DNA from: Sedimentisphaerales bacterium | Lineage (GTDB): Bacteria > Planctomycetota > Phycisphaerae > Sedimentisphaerales > SM23-30 | Direction: 5' to 3' | Assembly: GCA_963663965.2 (NCBI GenBank) | Contig: CAXXFK010000019.1 | Span: 64,001-128,000 of the forward strand | Length of the DNA stretch: 64,000 bases | In this document: positions 58,546-64,000 of the stretch, piece after piece | Position numbering within the stretch: position 1 is the first letter of the stretch | Layout: each line of letters begins with the position of its first letter | Program-made: the position numbers and the translations under genes | Notes under the pieces: generated by a model | Databases searched by the model: none | What the model saw: the letters and a program-made list of their open reading frames with translations, nothing else | Told to the model about the DNA's origin: nothing

Positions 58546-60135
58546 ATGGATAAATTATGTAAGACTTTAAATATCAGCTTGTTATGTTTTCTGATCGGGC
58601 TGTTGGGTTTGAATGTCCACCTGGATGGGGCGGAGAAGGACTGGTTTATCTATCTGGGCGATAAGAAGCCGCCGAAGGCGCCGCAGAAGAGTATGAGCAG
58701 TGCTGAGGCGCTGCCGCCGTTGCCGCTGCCGGCGGTGCCGTTGCGGCGGACGGAGCGGAAGAAGCCGCCGCAGCCGGATTATCTGATAGGCAAGGTGATC
58801 TGGGGTGAGGCGGGCACGTTTGTGGACAGCAATCAGCATACGATGGAGATTGCGGATTGGAATTTGTGTCCGACGGATGTGCAGAAATTGCTGGAGCAGA
58901 CCCGGCAGATCGAGCTGTTTTATCACTGGAGTAATATCAACCTGAGCGGATTTCATTACGATCCGAAACAGTTACCGGCGCTGCTGTTCAGCGGGGTGCG
59001 GACGTTGCGGCTGGATGATCAAACGATCGGATCGCTAAGGAATTATGTATTGGATGGGGGGATGATCGTGTGCGATTCGATTGCCGGGTCGCCGTGGTTT
59101 TATGAATCGTGCCGGGAGGTATTCAATAAGATGTTTCCGGAGAGCCGGGTGCGGATTTTGCCGCTGGATCATCCATTGTATCATATTATCGCGGATATCG
59201 GGCAGGTGACCTATCCGCGCGGGCGGGAGATTGCCGATAGGGAGGGGAACGGGCGTTTTACGGGTGTGAAAGAGGTGGGAGCGCCGTTACTGGAGGGGGT
59301 ATACGTGGGATCGCGGGTAGGGGTGTTGATCAGCAAGTATGGGCTGGGCTGCGGGTGGAACCAGAATATGGAGAATGTGCAGACATTGAAGCAGGCGGTG
59401 TATTTCGATATTGACAGCGCAACCCGGCTGGGATTGAATCTGGCGGCTTATATGGTGGGTTACGCGGAGGCCGGGGTGTTGGAAGGACGGGCGGAGGTGT
59501 TTGGCCTGGCGGATCAACGTCCGCCGACGGATGAGTTTGTATTCGCGCAGATCAAGCATGGCGGGGGGTGGAATGTGCATCCGAACAGCGCCGGGGCGTT
59601 ACTGATGAAGCTGCGGCGGTTGACGTCGGTGCGGGTGAATCTGAAGCGGACGGCGATTACGCTGGGAAAGGATGATCTGGCGGATTACCCGTTTTTGTAC
59701 CTGACGGGGCTGGATGATTTTGTTTTGAGTCAGGCTGAGGTGGAGGCGTTACAGCGATTTTTAGGGCAAGGCGGATTTCTATTAATCAATAACGGGCTGG
59801 GATTATCGACCTTCGATCAGGCGGTTCGGCGCGAGATGGCGCGGGTAATGGGCGGGGCGCAGTTTGAGCCGTTGCCGGAACGGCATGAACTGTACGGCAG
59901 TCTGTTTGAGATCAAAGAGGTGCAGTACAGTCCGGTCTTGCGCAAGGCGATGCCGGATATGAAGACGCCGAAACTGCTGGGGGCGACGCTGGGCGGGGAG
60001 TTGAAGGTGTTGTACAGTCCTTACGATCTGGAGGCGGGCTGGCTGGAGGTGTATTATCCGATGCTGCGCGGTTATGAGCCGTTGAGCGCGCAGCAACTGG
60101 GAATGAATATTGTGACTTATATTTTGACGCATTAA
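58546..60135 (+). CDS. Tandem DUF4159-domain protein
   Basis: Two repeats of P.L...G...L...LR.(Y/F)...GG..., F...FP...HP.Y, L.G. Heads the MoxR operon. Confidence 0.78.
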   Translation: MDKLCKTLNISLLCFLIGLLGLNVHLDGAEKDWFIYLGDKKPPKAPQKSMSSAEALPPLPLPAVPLRRTERKKPPQPDYLIGKVIWGEAGTFVDSNQHTMEIADWNLCPTDVQKLLEQTRQIELFYHWSNINLSGFHYDPKQLPALLFSGVRTLRLDDQTIGSLRNYVLDGGMIVCDSIAGSPWFYESCREVFNKMFPESRVRILPLDHPLYHIIADIGQVTYPRGREIADREGNGRFTGVKEVGAPLLEGVYVGSRVGVLISKYGLGCGWNQNMENVQTLKQAVYFDIDSATRLGLNLAAYMVGYAEAGVLEGRAEVFGLADQRPPTDEFVFAQIKHGGGWNVHPNSAGALLMKLRRLTSVRVNLKRTAITLGKDDLADYPFLYLTGLDDFVLSQAEVEALQRFLGQGGFLLINNGLGLSTFDQAVRREMARVMGGAQFEPLPERHELYGSLFEIKEVQYSPVLRKAMPDMKTPKLLGATLGGELKVLYSPYDLEAGWLEVYYPMLRGYEPLSAQQLGMNIVTYILTH

Positions 60136-60194
60136 TCTGGTTTTGATTGATCTGTATCCATTGGGTACAGAAACATCTACTCGCTCGCAGGAAA

Positions 60195-60220
60195 AGAGAC
60201 GCGAGGCTTCGCGTCTCTAC
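60195..60220 (-). repeat. GTAG-type REP
   Basis: Minus strand GTAGAGACGCGA-AGCC-TCGCGTCTCT. Confidence 0.65.
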
Positions 60221-60299
60221 CCGTGTGACCAGTGGGCATTTAATTGTTAATGGTAATATTAAAGCCGAAACGAAAGAACGATTCAGTTTTGAGGTGTTT

Positions 60300-61547
60300 A
60301 TGCAGCAGTCTGTGACGATACGGTGTCCGCAGTGTTTGAAGACGTATGAATTGCCGAAGGTGTTTGAAGGGCAACCGGTGCGTTGTCAGTGCAGTCATGA
60401 GTTTCAGATATCGAATGAGACGGTGATTGCGGGTATGGCCAGTCCGCCGGTGATGATGGTGGGGAATCAGCCGGGAGCGGCAGCGGGAACACCAGCCCAA
60501 GGCCAGACGCCAGGGAGCGGGCAGGGGCCAGCGGGAGGGGCCAGTGCGGCCGGAGGAGTGACGGCCAATACAGCAGCGGCGGTGGAGACGCTGGGACGGG
60601 CGCGCGGGATGATACTGGAGGAAGTAGGGAAGGTGATCGTGGGTCAGAAGCAGGTGCTGGATGAGGTATTAACAGCGTTTTTCGCGCGGGGGCATTGTCT
60701 GCTGATGGGCGTGCCGGGCCTGGCCAAGACGCTGATGGTGCAATGTCTGGCACGGACGATGATGCTGGATTTCAAAAGGATTCAGTTTACCCCGGATCTG
60801 ATGCCGACGGATATTACCGGGACGAATATTCTGGAAGAAGATCCCCAGACCCGGCAACGTCATTTTGTCTTTCACAAGGGGCCGATTTTCACCAATGTAC
60901 TGCTGGCGGATGAGATTAACCGAACGCCGCCCAAGACGCAGGCGGCGCTGCTGGAGGCGATGCAGGAACAGAAAGTAACCGCGTCCGGGACGACCTATTC
61001 GCTGCCGAATCCATTTCTGGCGCTGGCGACCCAGAACCCGCTGGAACAGGAGGGGACTTATCCGCTGCCGGAGGCGCAACTGGACCGGTTTTTGTTTCTG
61101 GTTAAAGTTGATTATCCGGATGAACGGGATGAACAGCAGATCTTATTGACGACGACGGGTACGGCGATGCAGGAGTTGCGGGCAGTGCTGGATGGCCCGT
61201 CCATTTTACGGTATCAGAACCTGGTACGTCAGGTGCCGGTGAGTGAGCATGTGGCGGGTTACGCGGCGCGGCTGACCCGGGCGACCCGGCCGAAATCGGC
61301 CGACGCGCCGGATTTTATCAATAAGTGGGTACGATACGGGTGCGGGCCGCGCGCCGGTCAGGCGCTGATTCTGGCGGCAAAGGCGCATGTGATTTTGAAT
61401 GGGCGGTTTAATGTGTCGTGTGAAGATATCCGGCGGTACGCGTTGCCGGTGATGCGGCATCGGATGATTTTGAACTTCGCGGCGGTGAGTGAAGGGGTGG
61501 ATACTGACGAGGTGATCCGGCGGTTGTTGGATCATGTGGGGGAGTAG
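60300..61547 (+). CDS. moxR: MoxR AAA+ ATPase with N-terminal zinc ribbon
   Basis: CPQC and CQC, Ala/Gly linker, GVPGLAKT, RIQFTPDLMP.DI.G, LADEINRTPPKTQAALLEAM, ATQNPLEQEGTYPLPEAQLDRF. Confidence 0.93.
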   Translation: MQQSVTIRCPQCLKTYELPKVFEGQPVRCQCSHEFQISNETVIAGMASPPVMMVGNQPGAAAGTPAQGQTPGSGQGPAGGASAAGGVTANTAAAVETLGRARGMILEEVGKVIVGQKQVLDEVLTAFFARGHCLLMGVPGLAKTLMVQCLARTMMLDFKRIQFTPDLMPTDITGTNILEEDPQTRQRHFVFHKGPIFTNVLLADEINRTPPKTQAALLEAMQEQKVTASGTTYSLPNPFLALATQNPLEQEGTYPLPEAQLDRFLFLVKVDYPDERDEQQILLTTTGTAMQELRAVLDGPSILRYQNLVRQVPVSEHVAGYAARLTRATRPKSADAPDFINKWVRYGCGPRAGQALILAAKAHVILNGRFNVSCEDIRRYALPVMRHRMILNFAAVSEGVDTDEVIRRLLDHVGE

Positions 61548-61565
61548 GGGAGTAAAAAAGTTTCA

Positions 61566-61694
61566 CACGAAGCCACGAAGCCACGAAGGGAAGAAAGGTT
61601 AAAAGTGGATATAGAGATCATAGGTAAAGAGATAGTCGATTCAGCAATGAAGATAGATCCCAAAAAAGGAAAATTCGTGTATTTGGAGGTTTAG
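61566..61694 (+). pseudogene. Short remnant resembling a GxxExxY-protein N-terminus, with CACGAAG octamer repeats
   Basis: Three CACGAAG repeats 8 nt apart, then a GTG-initiated 29-codon ORF VDIEIIGKEIVDSAMKI... and degenerate TTCGTG/TTAGTG inverse repeats. Confidence 0.45.
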
Positions 61695-61701
61695 TGTTGA
61701 T

Positions 61702-62154
61702 ATGGCCTGTTCTTATGTTAGTTGCTATATACATTATATTTTCAGTACAAAATACCATCGTTGCAGTATCACTCAAGATATTAAATCGAGGCTCTGGCAA
61801 TATTTTGGTGGTATTGCCAAAGAGAATAAGATGACATTATTAGAAGCTAATGGCACTAATGATCATGTTCATTTATTGGTGATTTTACCAGCGACCCTTT
61901 CGATTGCCAAGGCGATTCAATATCTAAAGGGTGGATCATCCAAATGGATACACGATCAATTTCCGCATTCGATGCAATTTTCGTGGCAGGAAGGTTATGG
62001 CGCTTTTTCTGTGAGTCGTTCCGGCGTTGATAGAACAATAGAATATATTCGAAATCAGGAAACTCATCATCGAACCATGACTTTTGAAGAGGAGTATGTC
62101 CGATTTCTTGATAAATATGGAGTTACCTATGAGATGCAGTATGTATTCGATTAA
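61702..62154 (+). mobile_element. tnpA: IS200/IS605-family Y1 HUH transposase (TnpA/RAYT-like), no tnpB
   Basis: HYIFSTK.R, DHVHLL (HUH), KG.SSKW, F.WQEGYGAFSVS, YI.NQ..HH (catalytic Y), F.EEY..FL. Confidence 0.92.
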
Positions 62155-62155
62155 T

Positions 62156-62412
62156 ACTTTCGTCCCTACGGGACTTACTCGTTCCAGGGGGGGCCATAAA
62201 CCCGCAGTTAAAACTGCGGGCTATTAACTTATGTCCCTAGCGGGACATTTTTGGGAATGTTCGGATTACCGAATACCCGCCGTTAAAACGGCGGGCTACG
62301 CACTTTCGTCCCTACGGGACTTACTCGTTTCAAGGGGGGCCACCCGCAGTTAAAACTGCGGGCTATTAACTTATGTCCCTGACGGGACATTTTTTGGTCC
62401 GCCTGCGGCGGA
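62156..62412. repeat. REP cluster downstream of tnpA
   Basis: Three copies of CCCGC..TTAAAAC..GCGGG-CT-10 nt-GTCCC.(3-4).GGGAC (62201, 62276, 62343). 62156-62250 is nearly duplicated at 62302-62392. Ends with TCCGCCTGCGGCGGA. Confidence 0.9.
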
Positions 62413-62452
62413 GATCGATGATATATGAATGTATTATAATTATGGAATCTGA

Positions 62453-63367
62453 ATGTTAACAAGTGATGGTTATAAATATTTGCGGGCGGAGGTGGCTGAG
62501 CGGCTGCGGGGGATGGAAGTCAATGTGCGGCGGCCGATGGATGGGAGTTTGCAGGGTCTGCATCGTTCGCCGGTGTTTGGATCGTCGGTGGAGTTCGCGG
62601 AATATCGGGAATATCTGCCGGGCGATCCGATCAGCCGGATCGACTGGCCGGTGTACGCGCGGAGCGACCGGTATGTGATCCGGCAATATCATGAGGATAT
62701 CAGTATCCGGTGTTATATTTTACTGGATGTGTCGGAGAGTATGACGTATCGAGACAAGGGCGTGGGGGGGCTGTCGAAGCTGGAATATGCCTGTCATCTG
62801 GCGGCGGGAATGGCGTATCTGATGGTGCATCAGGGTGACACAGTGGCGATGGTGACATTCGATAACCGGATCCGTGATTTTTATGAGCCGGCCGGGACGT
62901 TGATGGGATTGAAGCCGATGTTGACGGGGTTGGAGGCGATCGAGGCGCGGCGTGAGGGCTCGATAGAGGCGGCTCTGCACGGCGCGGCGGATTTGATCAC
63001 GGGCCGGGCGATGGTGGTACTGATCTCGGACCTGCTGGAGGAGCCGGGCAGGATTATGCAGGGGATCGCGCATCTGTATCATGACGGCAAGGACATCACC
63101 GTATTTCATGTGCTGGATCCGGGCGAATTGCGGCTGCCGCAGGTGGATGAGCTGGGCAGTACGACGCTGGTGGATGTGCATGGAATGGAGCAGGAGGGGC
63201 GGTTGACGGTGGATCTGGCGCAGATCCGGGAGAGCTATCTGGAGCAGGTGCATGGTTATCTGAACGAAATCCGGGCGGCCTGTTCGAATACGCATACGGA
63301 GTATGTTCTGGCGGAGACGGACCGGGAGGTGTATGAGGCGTTGCTGACGCGGAGCCGGATGGTGTGA
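62453..63367 (+). CDS. DUF58 vWA-like MoxR partner
   Basis: G.HRSP..G.SVEFAEYREY.PGD....DW..YARSDR, LD.S.SM, ISD. Confidence 0.9.
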   Translation: MLTSDGYKYLRAEVAERLRGMEVNVRRPMDGSLQGLHRSPVFGSSVEFAEYREYLPGDPISRIDWPVYARSDRYVIRQYHEDISIRCYILLDVSESMTYRDKGVGGLSKLEYACHLAAGMAYLMVHQGDTVAMVTFDNRIRDFYEPAGTLMGLKPMLTGLEAIEARREGSIEAALHGAADLITGRAMVVLISDLLEEPGRIMQGIAHLYHDGKDITVFHVLDPGELRLPQVDELGSTTLVDVHGMEQEGRLTVDLAQIRESYLEQVHGYLNEIRAACSNTHTEYVLAETDREVYEALLTRSRMV

Positions 63368-63425
63368 AAGAAAAAGTCAAAAAGTCAAAAAGGCTAGAAG
63401 GCAAAAATTTTTAAGGAAAGTTATT

Positions 63426-63875
63426 ATGAAACAGTATGTTGAAAAAGCGGTGGAAAAATTTAAAAGCGGTTATAATTGCGCGCAGTCGGCGTTTTATCCA
63501 TTTTGTGAGGCGGCAGGATTGGATCTTGAGCCGGGGATGAAGCTGTCGTGCGGACTGGGCGGCGGTATGGGACGGACGCAGCAGGTATGCGGCGCGGTGA
63601 CGGGCGGAATTCTGGCGCTGGGTCTTAAATATGGCCGGGGTATGAACGATACGCGGGCGGCAACGGAGGCGACTTATGAAAAGGTGCGGGAGTTGATCAG
63701 CCGGTTTGAGGCGAAACATGGCACGTGTGTCTGTCGTGAGCTGCTGAAAGGCTGCGATATGCTAAGCGAAGAAGGTATGGCGCGTATCAAAGCGGAGGAT
63801 ATGCACAGTACGATCTGTGAGCCGTGTGTGGCAAGCGTAGTGGAGATTGTCGCGGATATGCTGGCAAGGACATAA
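63426..63875 (+). CDS. C-GCAxxG-C-C family putative redox protein
   Basis: YNCAQS, GLGGGMG...CGAV.G, F...G...CRELL, C..CV. Confidence 0.85.
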   Translation: MKQYVEKAVEKFKSGYNCAQSAFYPFCEAAGLDLEPGMKLSCGLGGGMGRTQQVCGAVTGGILALGLKYGRGMNDTRAATEATYEKVRELISRFEAKHGTCVCRELLKGCDMLSEEGMARIKAEDMHSTICEPCVASVVEIVADMLART

Positions 63876-63941
63876 ACATCTTATTTTGGCAATCAACTAA
63901 CGACTTATGATTTTTGGATCGACCCTATTTTTGTATTTATT

Positions 63942-63965
63942 ACCACTGGCAGTACTGCCAGTGGT
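63942..63965. repeat. Perfect 24-bp palindrome (REP-like)
   Basis: ACCACTGGCAGTACTGCCAGTGGT. Confidence 0.7.
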
Positions 63966-64000
63966 GTTTCATTTTCTGTTGAAGCAGAAGAAGCGTAAGC

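Noticed and set aside
1..64000. tRNA, rRNA, known riboswitches, prophage genes
   Set aside because: No recognisable signatures by eye. A tRNAscan/Rfam search would be needed to exclude them formally.

Overview
Bacterial chromosomal window, most likely a Phycisphaerae/Sedimentisphaerales-type planctomycete. This is an inference from secreted proteins ending in D-x-N-x-D...DL...NWL dockerin-like tails, PQQ-type propellers, DUF1080, tandem DUF4159 with MoxR/DUF58, and Tat-exported oxidoreductases. It holds about 45 CDS, including a czcCBA-type heavy-metal RND cluster, an AT-rich signalling block (NarL regulator, short sigma-70, frameshifted hybrid kinase), sugar and nucleoside catabolism genes, truD, ctpA-nfeD, a higBA-type toxin-antitoxin pair and a MoxR operon. 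There are three mobile elements: a complete IS66-family and a complete ISL3-family element, each with inverted repeats and 8-bp target duplications, and a Y1 TnpA with a downstream REP cluster. The most unusual locus is 27685-29410. An uncharacterised ANRRNA..STGP..KHG gene is preceded by a heptamer block and three ~190-bp structured direct repeats. Each repeat is followed by a different hairpin element with the same architecture as the REPs beside the TnpA 33 kb away. A core motif of the repeat also recurs inside the gene and at 14419. A second highlight is an unannotated ~300-nt rod-shaped ncRNA candidate (51011-51316) with its own promoter and terminator. Four homopolymer frameshifts suggest assembly indels. 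No tRNA, rRNA or CRISPR array was seen. All family assignments come from motif recognition by eye, not database searches.
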